DNA of 64,000 nt from Candidatus Spechtbacterales bacterium (GTDB lineage: Bacteria; Patescibacteriota; Minisyncoccia; Spechtbacterales; 2-12-FULL-38-22): NCBI GenBank assembly GCA_040902285.1, contig JBBDXP010000007.1:1042-65041 (forward strand). Direction: 5' to 3'. Both the position numbers and the translations under genes were made by a program. This document shows positions 8,747 to 17,339 of the stretch, in pieces. Under the pieces are notes generated by a model. It worked only from the letters and a program-made list of their open reading frames with translations, did no database searches and was not told the DNA's origin. How positions within the stretch are numbered: position 1 is the first letter of the stretch; each line of letters opens with the position of its first letter.

Positions 8747-10909
8747 ATGACAGCTAAAAACAAAACAAAAGCACACGGGGACATTGAAGAAATAAAAAAC
8801 TTTTTTGCGAATAAGGATGATAAAGAGCTGATACAAAAGGCCTTCGAAAAAGCGCTTAGCGCGCATGAAGGGCAAAAAAGAGAATCGGGAGAAGCTTATA
8901 TAATACACCCTCTTTACGCCGCGCAAACTTTGGCCGAACTAAAAATGGACGCGCAAACCATAGCGGCCGCGCTTCTGCACGATGTTGTGGACGACACCCA
9001 CGTAACCCTAGACGATATAGAAAAAGAATTCGGAAAAGACATATCCTTTTTGGTATCGGGGGTAAGCAAACTTGGAAAATTGAAATACCGCGGAGTTGAA
9101 AGACATGCTGAAAATTTAAGGAAAATGATGGTAGCCATGGCTGAAGATGTAAGGGTCATACTTATTAAATTTGCGGACCGGCTGCACAATATGAAAACGC
9201 TTAACGCGCTACCTGAAAGAAAAAGAAAAAGGATAGCTCTTGAGACCCTGGAAATCTACGCGCCGATAGCAATAAGATTGGGAGTGGCGGATATTGGAAA
9301 AAAACTTGAAGACCTGGCTTTTCCGTATGTATACCCGGATAAATACGACTATGTAAAAAAAGAAAGCGGCAAAAGGTTGCTGAAGGCCGAGGATTATCTA
9401 AAAAGATTATCGCCCAAATTAAAACGGGAACTCGCGCGTGAAAACATCAAGCCGCTAAAAATAGAAATGCGAACTAAGCACCTATACAGTTTGTGGGTAA
9501 AACTGGAAAAAGATAACTATAATTGGGACCAAATAATGGATTTGATGGCCGTAAGAATAATAGTGGATTCGGTTGAAGAGTGCTACAAAACTTTGGGAAT
9601 AATCCACAAACTCTGGCACCCGGTACCCGGAAGAATAAAAGATTATATAGCTCTTCCGAAACCAAACGGCTACCAAAGTTTGCACACGACAGTTTTTTGC
9701 ATAGATGGAAAAAGAACCGAGTTTCAAATAAGGACGCTAAAAATGCACGAAAATGCCGAGTATGGAATAGCGGCGCACTGGAGATATAAGGCAGATGAAA
9801 AACAGTCCGATAAAAGATTAAATAAAACTTACGGCTGGGTGCGCCAGCTTCAAGAATGGAAAAAAGATACATCTCCAAGCGATGAGTTTTTGAATAGTTT
9901 AAAAATAGACGTGTTCAATGATCGCATATTCGTGTTTACTCCTTCCGGCGATGTTATAGATTTGCCGGCGGGAGCCACCCCCATAGATTTCGCTTACAAC
10001 ATACATTCTGATGTGGGCGATAAATGCTCAGCCGCGATACGAAACGGCAAGATGATATCCTTGGGAACAGAATTGCATAACGGAGATGTTTTGGAGATAT
10101 TAACTTCCAAAAACAAGACCCCCTCGCAAGCATGGCTACATTTTGCAAAAACAAGAAGCGCGCGGGCGCATATAAAAAAATGGTTTCATAGCCAGAACAG
10201 AGAACAGCATGTGGAAGCCGGCTTAAGTATGCTCAATGAGGAATTGGAATCCATAGAAGGTAAAAATTGGGACGGGCTTCAAGAAAAAACACGCCGCAAA
10301 ACCTTGGAAAGATTCTCTATGCACAACGCCGAATCACTCTTTGCGGCCATAGGCAGAGGGGATATTTCCATAACAAGAATAACAAATAGTTTGCTTGAAG
10401 AAGCACCGCAGCGGAAAAAGGTTGCTCCCAAAACTTCAAAAAAAACCTCGGTGAAATCGGTTTCTATAGCGGGAGTAAGCGGTTTGAAAATGCGCATGGC
10501 ACAATGTTGCAGCCCCGCCTACCCCGAAAGCATAGTGGCATACATAACTGTAGATAAAGGCGCCAGCATACACAAAACCGCATGCCCGAATATTCACGAA
10601 AAAACATGGGCGGAAAAAATATTGCCCGCTTACTGGAGTAGTGCTGAAAGAAATTATAGTATTCCTCTGACAATAAAAACAACCAACAGGGTTGGTATGC
10701 TTCAAGACATAAGTAAAATTATTGCGGATTTTAACGCGAATATAGTATCTATAAACGCCGGGGTAAATAAAAATAAAACCTCATCCGCAAAAGACGGAGA
10801 GGTTGAGATAAAAGCGGATATAGAAATTGAAGATATTCAGCTTCTAAGAAAAATTATAGAAAAAATAAAAATGACCGACGGGGTCGTGGAAATAAAAAGG
10901 CGCGTTTAG
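8747..10909 (+). CDS. relA: Bifunctional (p)ppGpp synthetase/hydrolase (long RSH)
   Basis: HEGQKRESGEAYIIHP, LLHDVVDD, DRLHNM, NGYQSLHT, EFQIRT, then TGS, ZFD and ACT domains. Confidence 0.95.
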   Translation: MTAKNKTKAHGDIEEIKNFFANKDDKELIQKAFEKALSAHEGQKRESGEAYIIHPLYAAQTLAELKMDAQTIAAALLHDVVDDTHVTLDDIEKEFGKDISFLVSGVSKLGKLKYRGVERHAENLRKMMVAMAEDVRVILIKFADRLHNMKTLNALPERKRKRIALETLEIYAPIAIRLGVADIGKKLEDLAFPYVYPDKYDYVKKESGKRLLKAEDYLKRLSPKLKRELARENIKPLKIEMRTKHLYSLWVKLEKDNYNWDQIMDLMAVRIIVDSVEECYKTLGIIHKLWHPVPGRIKDYIALPKPNGYQSLHTTVFCIDGKRTEFQIRTLKMHENAEYGIAAHWRYKADEKQSDKRLNKTYGWVRQLQEWKKDTSPSDEFLNSLKIDVFNDRIFVFTPSGDVIDLPAGATPIDFAYNIHSDVGDKCSAAIRNGKMISLGTELHNGDVLEILTSKNKTPSQAWLHFAKTRSARAHIKKWFHSQNREQHVEAGLSMLNEELESIEGKNWDGLQEKTRRKTLERFSMHNAESLFAAIGRGDISITRITNSLLEEAPQRKKVAPKTSKKTSVKSVSIAGVSGLKMRMAQCCSPAYPESIVAYITVDKGASIHKTACPNIHEKTWAEKILPAYWSSAERNYSIPLTIKTTNRVGMLQDISKIIADFNANIVSINAGVNKNKTSSAKDGEVEIKADIEIEDIQLLRKIIEKIKMTDGVVEIKRRV

Positions 10910-11775
10910 TCCAGCAAACTTTCTATCCAGCGGCGAAGATCGTTTTTGGACGAAAAATGAACCGCGAGATTTGCTCTTTTATCCGTTGTTCTGGCTTTGG
11001 CATCCAGCACTTCAAAAGTTTCCTTGAACCTTCGTAAAAGCTCTGCCATTTCGTTATCTTTCATGCTTCTTGATCCGACTGCCGCGGGTTCTTTTTTCGG
11101 TTTCAATTCCCTGGCCCTCTCTTCCGCCTGCCTTACCGTATAATTACTTGCCAATATTTCTCCAAATAATTTTTCTTGTGCGCCTTGTTCCAAACTCAGA
11201 AGAGGCCGCGTGTGGCCTTCTGATATTTCTCCTCGCTTTAAAGCATCCGTTATACTTGAGGGCAAAGATAAAATTCTAATGGTATTTGCGACATAAGGGA
11301 CAGACCTGGACACTCTGTTTGCGATCTCGCTTTGCTTCATGCCGAATTCTTCCTGGAGTTTTTTAAACGCCTCCGCCTCTTCAACAGCGTTTAAATCGTT
11401 TCTTTGTATGTTTTCTATGAGAGAAACTTCCAGTTTTTGCTTATCTGTTGAATGTCTTATTATAGCCGGCACCCTCGGCAATTTAGCCATTTTGGCGGCA
11501 CGCAATCTTCTTTCTCCGGCTATCAGTTCGTAATCCACTTCCCTGCCTTCCGGCACGTATCTTTCCACCTTGCTTACGATTAAGGGCTGTAAAATCCCGT
11601 AAACTTTAATCGAGTCAGCAAGGTCTTTTAAAGCGTTGAGATCAAATTCGCGCCGCGGCTGGTACGGGTTCGGCTTTATTTGTTCAACATCTATAAGAAA
11701 CACGCTCTCTTTTTTGTCTATTTCGGAGCGTTCTTCGGGTTTTCTTTGTGGTATTAATGATTCTAATCCGCGCAT
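10906..11775 (-). CDS. parB: Chromosome partitioning protein ParB
   Basis: PNPYQPRREF, GILQPLIV, AGERRLRAA, ENIQRNDLN. Confidence 0.95.
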   Translation of the reverse strand: MRGLESLIPQRKPEERSEIDKKESVFLIDVEQIKPNPYQPRREFDLNALKDLADSIKVYGILQPLIVSKVERYVPEGREVDYELIAGERRLRAAKMAKLPRVPAIIRHSTDKQKLEVSLIENIQRNDLNAVEEAEAFKKLQEEFGMKQSEIANRVSRSVPYVANTIRILSLPSSITDALKRGEISEGHTRPLLSLEQGAQEKLFGEILASNYTVRQAEERARELKPKKEPAAVGSRSMKDNEMAELLRRFKETFEVLDAKARTTDKRANLAVHFSSKNDLRRWIESLLD

Positions 11776-11785
11776 TTTTTTATTT

Positions 11786-12553
11786 TTAAAAAGAATTTAT
11801 TCTTTGTATTGTTTCTTTTGCCAGTTTTCGGTATGCTTCGGCGCCGGTTGAATACGGATCATATTGGTAAATTGATTTTCCGTATCCTGGAGCTTCCGCC
11901 AAAGATATGTTTCTGGGTATCACAGAATCAAAAACATATCCGGGAAAATTATCTTTTACATTTTTGAGCACATTTCTGCTCAATTTATTTCTTTTATCGT
12001 ACATGGTACACACCGCCCCCAAAATTTCAATATTCCTGCCCAGATTGTCTCTTATTAAGTATACAGTATTTAATAGTTGTCCCAAACCTTCCAGCGCGTA
12101 GTATTCGCATTGAACCGGAGTTAGAATATAATCGGCGGCAACAAGGCCATTAAGCGTGAGAAGACCCAAACTGGGCGGACAATCTATAATAACAAAATCG
12201 TAGTTGTGTTTGACCTGTGCTATGCTGTCCAACAACCTGTATTCCCGCTCTTTTTGGGAAACGAGCTCTATGTGCGCCCCCGACAAATCCGGATTGGAAG
12301 GCAAAATATCAAGAGAAAAAAGCCCGGTCGCGTGTATGGTATCACCAGCCAATACGCCGCCAATTAGTGTATGATACACGTTTGTAGACAGATTGCCGGG
12401 AGAACGGAAAGTCGAAGTTGCGTTGGCCTGCGGATCCATGTCCACAATCAATACTTTTTTGCCGTATGCAGCCAAATACACGGCCAAATTTACAGCCGTA
12501 GTGGTTTTACCGGTTCCTCCTTTTTGGTTGGCTATGGTTATAGCTACTCCCAT
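11786..12553 (-). CDS. parA: ParA/Soj ATPase
   Basis: NQKGGTGKTTT, DMDPQAN, IDCPPSLG. Start set at MGVAI (12553); the longer ORF call runs into the tRNA. Confidence 0.95.
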   Translation of the reverse strand: MGVAITIANQKGGTGKTTTAVNLAVYLAAYGKKVLIVDMDPQANATSTFRSPGNLSTNVYHTLIGGVLAGDTIHATGLFSLDILPSNPDLSGAHIELVSQKEREYRLLDSIAQVKHNYDFVIIDCPPSLGLLTLNGLVAADYILTPVQCEYYALEGLGQLLNTVYLIRDNLGRNIEILGAVCTMYDKRNKLSRNVLKNVKDNFPGYVFDSVIPRNISLAEAPGYGKSIYQYDPYSTGAEAYRKLAKETIQRINSF

Positions 12554-12582
12554 ATGGCTAAATCTTACCACAAATGGGCCGA

Positions 12583-12610
12583 TTGACAAATGAATACACG
12601 ATGCTATGTT
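12583..12610 (+). promoter_or_regulatory. Sigma70-type promoter for the tRNA-Leu transcript
   Basis: TTGACA-16 nt-TATGTT with extended -10 TG. Confidence 0.6.
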
Positions 12611-12623
12611 GGGAATATGAAAC

Positions 12624-12732
12624 ATGCCCGGGTGGGTGAAATTGCGAGCAGTGCGCAGCAAGTTCACGGGTTCAAAAGAACCCCGGACCACCACCCGGAA
12701 CAGTTTTTTGTCTAAGTCCTGCGGAGCAGGAC
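12624..12732 (+). other. Structured element beginning with a copy of the tRNA-Leu 5' end
   Basis: ATGCCCGGGTGG is repeated at 12742; CCGGGTGG/CCACCCGG closes two internal hairpins; a further hairpin GTCCTGC-gga-GCAGGAC follows. Confidence 0.55.
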
Positions 12733-12743
12733 GAGAAATATAT

Positions 12744-12830
12744 GCCCGGGTGGTGGAACTGGCAGACACGCTGGACTCAAAATCCAGTGGTAGAAATACC
12801 GTGGAGGTTCAACTCCTCTCCCGGGCACCA
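12744..12830 (+). tRNA. tRNA-Leu (CAA)
   Basis: GCCCGGG acceptor stem, anticodon arm CTGGA-CTCAAAA-TCCAG, long variable arm, GGTTCAACTCC, encoded 3' ACCA. Confidence 0.96.
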
Positions 12831-12869
12831 TTTAAGAAATTAAAATTTAATAAAAAAATATTTTAAATC

Positions 12870-13733
12870 ATGCAAAATTTGAACAAAGCAATAATTGATT
12901 TTATTTTGCCGTGGCTTCTGGAACACGGCATCCGTATAGCCATTATAGTGGTTGGTCTTTGGATAGCGCATAAATTCGCGGAGGCAATACTAAGCAAGAC
13001 CATAAGAAAAATGGTCAAAACAGACAGGTTTGCAAGCGAAGAAGAAGAAATAAAAAGAGAGGACACGATTATAAATATAATGGTTATATCTATACATGTG
13101 GCCATATGGGTCCTTGGCGGACTTATGATTCTGTCCGAAATAGGAATAAATATAACCCCGCTAATAGCCGCGGCCGGAATAGGAGGCCTTGCTTTCGGTT
13201 TTGGAGGACAATATCTTATAAGCGACCTTATAAGCGGTTTGTTTATAATACTTGAAAACCAATACAGGATTGGGGATGTGGTATGTTTTGACAAGACATG
13301 CGGATTGGTGGAAAAGATAACGCTTCGCAGAACAATTCTCAGGGACTTAGACGGCACAGTACACAATGTACCCAATGGCCAAATAAAGACCGCTTCCAAT
13401 CTGTCTCATGAATACGCCCGTGTAAACTTGAACATAGGGGTTGATTATTCAACAAATTTGGAAAAAGTAATAAAAGTAATAAACAGAGTTGGTAATGAAC
13501 TGACCGAAGATAAGAATTGGAAAGAAGACATAATAAAAACACCTCAATTTCTTCGGGTTGATGAGTTTGCGGATTCAGCGATAGTAATTAAAATACTCGG
13601 AGAAACAAAACCTCTCAGACAATGGGATGTAACCGGCGAATTAAGAAAACGGCTTAAGATCGCTTTTGATAACGAAGGTATTGTAATACCCTTCAATCAG
13701 CTTGTTTTGCATAAAGCTCCGGAGAACGGCTAG
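12870..13733 (+). CDS. mscS: Small-conductance mechanosensitive channel
   Basis: AGIGGLAFGFGGQ, ENQYRIGD, LRRTILRDLDG...VPNG. Confidence 0.9.
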   Translation: MQNLNKAIIDFILPWLLEHGIRIAIIVVGLWIAHKFAEAILSKTIRKMVKTDRFASEEEEIKREDTIINIMVISIHVAIWVLGGLMILSEIGINITPLIAAAGIGGLAFGFGGQYLISDLISGLFIILENQYRIGDVVCFDKTCGLVEKITLRRTILRDLDGTVHNVPNGQIKTASNLSHEYARVNLNIGVDYSTNLEKVIKVINRVGNELTEDKNWKEDIIKTPQFLRVDEFADSAIVIKILGETKPLRQWDVTGELRKRLKIAFDNEGIVIPFNQLVLHKAPENG

Positions 13734-13736
13734 AAT

Positions 13737-14975
13737 CTAAGAACCTTCGGGCACTGATCCGGCGGTTTCTTTGGCAATTTCCATGGGATCGATTTCCATC
13801 GGATCTTCTTTCATTAAAATAAATCCCAAAGAAAGAAATCCTGCCATTAAAAACACTATTGCCAAGTTGTCGGTAAACAAAAACACTAAAGCTAAAAATA
13901 AAAGAAAGACCCCGCGGGAAACATTTAAAGCTATCTCGCGCACTATTACGAGCCGGTCCCGGGTCGTTTTATATTTTCCGGCCCAGTCATAAAATATGGC
14001 GGCAAAAGGTATAAAGGCGGAATACGAACCGAAATTATGCAAAGTGTGAGCCAAAAAAGCATCGAAGGGTGTTCGTACAAACATTTTTATGGGCCAGAAA
14101 ACGGCGTTCAGAATGGATCCTATGGTCAGCAATTTCTCCGGCCCCATTTTATCCGATGCCTTGCCTATGAAGTATATAAATATCATTCCTATTACAAGAG
14201 CGGAAGAAATAATGGCGCCCAATTCTTCAAAACTTATTGCCAGCATAAAAAGATATAGAGGCCATATATAAGCATGGACGGCAAATTCCGCGCCCGCAAA
14301 CCCGAGAGCTGCAACTTTCGCCCTCCTGTTCTTTTTTAAAGTTTCTCTAAAGGCCTGCGTGAAATCATCCGGGTATTCTTCTTTTATTTCTTGGGATAAA
14401 AACAATGGTATTGTGGACGCAAATAATAAGGCAAGAACAATGGCGAAAAGTTCCGGAAATCCAAAAAATGTTATTACTAACCCCCCAACAAGCGGTCCAA
14501 AGGCCGAGGCAAGTGAAATAACGATATTGGCAACTCCCACTTCCTTGCCGCGCTTACCTTGTTCGGAAAATCTGGCAAAATCAATATGGAAAGCCGGCCA
14601 GTAGAGCAGGTTATGCATGACATGAAACGGAATAAGTATCAGAAAAAAGATACCTAATTTTTCTATTTGCCAAAGAGCCAGAAAATATAAAAACAGAAAC
14701 GGAACACTCCAGAGCATTGCGTGTTTTATGCCTAGCCGTGTGAGCATTTTTCCTCCAAAAGGCGCAAGCACACCGAACAAAATGGATACAATCGCAAAAT
14801 AAAGAAGAGTTAATGGAATAGATCTGTCAAAAAAAAGGAAGATATATATTGGTTCGAATATACCTACTAAAGAAATTGCAAACCCCCGTATAGCAGTAGA
14901 AGCATATAATTCTCCAAGTTCTTTATTGAAATGCGGCGATAGCCGGGCAAGATGCCCGTGCGTTAATAAAGCCAT
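13737..14975 (-). CDS. MFS transporter
   Basis: About 12 hydrophobic segments; GKASDKMG loop motif. Confidence 0.8.
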   Translation of the reverse strand: MALLTHGHLARLSPHFNKELGELYASTAIRGFAISLVGIFEPIYIFLFFDRSIPLTLLYFAIVSILFGVLAPFGGKMLTRLGIKHAMLWSVPFLFLYFLALWQIEKLGIFFLILIPFHVMHNLLYWPAFHIDFARFSEQGKRGKEVGVANIVISLASAFGPLVGGLVITFFGFPELFAIVLALLFASTIPLFLSQEIKEEYPDDFTQAFRETLKKNRRAKVAALGFAGAEFAVHAYIWPLYLFMLAISFEELGAIISSALVIGMIFIYFIGKASDKMGPEKLLTIGSILNAVFWPIKMFVRTPFDAFLAHTLHNFGSYSAFIPFAAIFYDWAGKYKTTRDRLVIVREIALNVSRGVFLLFLALVFLFTDNLAIVFLMAGFLSLGFILMKEDPMEIDPMEIAKETAGSVPEGS

Positions 14976-14981
14976 AACGAA

Positions 14982-15629
14982 TTATAAATTTAGTTTTTTG
15001 CCGAATATATTTGACATTTTTTCGAGCGTTGTCTGGTTCATGCGCAGAACCAGGGGTTCATCTCTGGTTATATCCAAAACGGTCGAAGGTTCTGCGGCAG
15101 AAATATCTCCGGCATCCACAACAAGATCGGGCAGTACGGAATGTTCTTTAAATTGAGCCAGTATTTCGGAAATATTTCCCGTCGGCTGCATTCCCGATAC
15201 ATTCGCGGAAGAGCCCGTAACAGGTCCTCTAAATTCATTTAACAGAGCCCGGCAAAAATCGCTATCGGGAACACGCAAACCCACTTTTTGGGTGTTAGCC
15301 GACAGACGCAAGCTTATTTTGTTTTTTTTGAAAAGCACTAAAGTGAAAGGGCCCGGCCAAAATTTGTTCAATATGCTATCCTGTCGGCTGTCTATAAAAG
15401 CCAGCTCTTTCGCCATTTTGATACCTTTAACAAAAATTGGCACGGGTTTGTTCGCGGGCCTTTTTTTAAGATAAAACAATCTCTCTATCGCGTCTTTACG
15501 CAAGGCATCCGCTCCCAAGCCATATAAAGTATCGGTTGGGAAAATAATAACGCGCCCTTGCTTCAAAGCATTTGACGCTTTTTTAACCGTATCTAAAAAA
15601 TTTTCTTCAGTTAATTTTATCCGCTCCAT
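14982..15629 (-). CDS. tsaC: L-threonylcarbamoyladenylate synthase (TsaC/Sua5/YrdC)
   Basis: FPTDTLYGL, KKRPANKP, WPGPFTLV, SSANVSG. Confidence 0.93.
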   Translation of the reverse strand: MERIKLTEENFLDTVKKASNALKQGRVIIFPTDTLYGLGADALRKDAIERLFYLKKRPANKPVPIFVKGIKMAKELAFIDSRQDSILNKFWPGPFTLVLFKKNKISLRLSANTQKVGLRVPDSDFCRALLNEFRGPVTGSSANVSGMQPTGNISEILAQFKEHSVLPDLVVDAGDISAAEPSTVLDITRDEPLVLRMNQTTLEKMSNIFGKKLNL

Positions 15630-15635
15630 TTAATA

Positions 15636-16649
15636 TTATAAGTTCATCAATTGTTTCATTATATCCGCCAATTTATCCGAATCGTGCCGTATAAGAGTTC
15701 TTCTTAAAGCATCGTTGGGATCGTGTTCCGGTATTTTACTGTCTAAAAGATCTGTTCCCGCGAATCTTTTATCTTTTTCTTCGTTTTTTATGACAAGCGG
15801 CTGGTCTGTTGTGTTAAGTTTTTCCAAAATTCTGCCGCTTATGTTTGCGGTATTGTATACAACATGATCAAAAACGTCTCCGCCAAAAAGTTTTTTAAAA
15901 TGCAATAGGTAATCATTTATCGAATAATCCTTGGTGGATTTTTGCTGATTCATCAAATTTGCCGTATAGATCTTTTTAGCCCTGCTCTTTTTTATACCGG
16001 ACCTGATGCCCCTTACCATTAATGGCGGCGTTAAACTGGCAAAAAGATTTCCCGGTCCTATTAATATAAAATCCGCTTCCTTTATAACTTTTTCGGTCTT
16101 TGGGTTGGCAGCTCCCCGCGGCGTCAATTCAAGTTTATCAAGCTTTTTATTCAATCCTTTTATTTTAGTTATGCGCGCCTCCCCTTTTATTTTCCTTCCG
16201 TCTTTCAAGTGGGCCCATATATCAGTGGGGTATGTTGTAACGGGAACGATGGAATGTTCGGACCCGAAAATTTTCTCTGCCTCTTCTATCGCTTTTTGAA
16301 AATCTCCGTGATGTTGCCACAATATTGCTAAAAATAAATTTCCAAATGTATGCCCCTTTAAACTCCCGCCGCCAAATCTGGTGTTGAAATGAGAGAGTAT
16401 TGGATGATTGTGGTCATTAAGCGCGACAAAACATTGCCTGGCGTCTCCCGGAGGAACCATGCCTATTTCCTTTCTTAACCTACCGGAAGAACCTCCCGTA
16501 TCAGCTGTTGTTATAACGGCCGATAATCTAAGCGGCAGTTTTTTAAGGCCGCGCAAAAGTATAGAGGTACCTGTACCTCCGCCTATAACTACGACTTTCT
16601 TTTTTCTGACATTTTCCATTTTGTTTAGTATAACATTGCTTCGTTTCAC
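15636..16649 (-). CDS. yvcK: YvcK/GlmR family UDP-GlcNAc-binding protein
   Basis: IGGGTG, DTGGSSGRLR, PPGDAR, GHTFGNL, RHDSDKLA. Confidence 0.9.
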   Translation of the reverse strand: MKRSNVILNKMENVRKKKVVVIGGGTGTSILLRGLKKLPLRLSAVITTADTGGSSGRLRKEIGMVPPGDARQCFVALNDHNHPILSHFNTRFGGGSLKGHTFGNLFLAILWQHHGDFQKAIEEAEKIFGSEHSIVPVTTYPTDIWAHLKDGRKIKGEARITKIKGLNKKLDKLELTPRGAANPKTEKVIKEADFILIGPGNLFASLTPPLMVRGIRSGIKKSRAKKIYTANLMNQQKSTKDYSINDYLLHFKKLFGGDVFDHVVYNTANISGRILEKLNTTDQPLVIKNEEKDKRFAGTDLLDSKIPEHDPNDALRRTLIRHDSDKLADIMKQLMNL

Positions 16650-16696
16650 ATGCTTATGTTATAAGTAAGCCAGTTGTTTTACAACAGGAGAATACG

Positions 16697-17302
16697 GTGA
16701 AATTATTCCTGCGACTTTTAATACACCGCGTTCGTGGCGTAAAATTCATAAGCACAACAGGCGTTTTTATAGGACCCAAAGTGCAAATATCAAAAGGTGC
16801 GATTATTTATCCCAATGTGTACATAAACGGTGATTCTTACATTGGAAAGGATACCGTTATATTGCCTAATGCCAAAATAGAGGACTCGTATATAATGGAT
16901 AATTGCGTTATTGGCGCAGAGGTGATTCGTTCCATATTACACAATGATGTCAATGCAAAACATTCGTGCTATATAGGCGATGCGTCTATAGGGCAAGGAT
17001 GCAACATCGGAGCCGGGGTCGTTTTTTGTAATTATAACGGTTATGAAAAAAATAGAATAATTGTGCAAAGAGATACTTTCATCGGCAGCGGCTCGATGCT
17101 AATAGCTCCTCTTTTGATAGGAAGAACGAGTTATATTGCGGCCGGGTCCGTTGTAAAATTAACAGTAAATCCCAATACGCTTGTTATTGCGCGTGGGCAA
17201 CAGCACAAGCACGCGGCGCAAGATAGCGATGTAAAAAATGAGATTCATAAATCAAACTATGTGCGCAAAATTAAGGGCAAGTGGCACCTTGGAACCAGTT
17301 GA
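16697..17302 (+). CDS. Stand-alone GlmU-type glucosamine-1-phosphate acetyltransferase domain
   Basis: Hexapeptide repeats; KHSCYIGDA..IG..CNIGAG..CNYNG matches the GlmU C-terminal domain; no nucleotidyltransferase domain. Confidence 0.8.
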   Translation: MKLFLRLLIHRVRGVKFISTTGVFIGPKVQISKGAIIYPNVYINGDSYIGKDTVILPNAKIEDSYIMDNCVIGAEVIRSILHNDVNAKHSCYIGDASIGQGCNIGAGVVFCNYNGYEKNRIIVQRDTFIGSGSMLIAPLLIGRTSYIAAGSVVKLTVNPNTLVIARGQQHKHAAQDSDVKNEIHKSNYVRKIKGKWHLGTS

Positions 17303-17311
17303 TTGATATAC

Positions 17312-17337
17312 AAAATCCGCTCATGTGAGCGGATTTT
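17312..17337. terminator. Bidirectional terminator
   Basis: AAAATCCGCTCA-tg-TGAGCGGATTTT between convergent genes. Confidence 0.8.
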
Positions 17338-17339
17338 AT

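Noticed and set aside
12554-12769. N-terminal extension of ParA, and ORF 12624-12866
   Set aside because: Both overlap the tRNA and its leader; ParA homology begins at 12553.
12624-12830. Prophage or integrative element attached at tRNA-Leu
   Set aside because: The duplication is of the tRNA 5' end and only 118 nt away; no integrase or phage genes are nearby.
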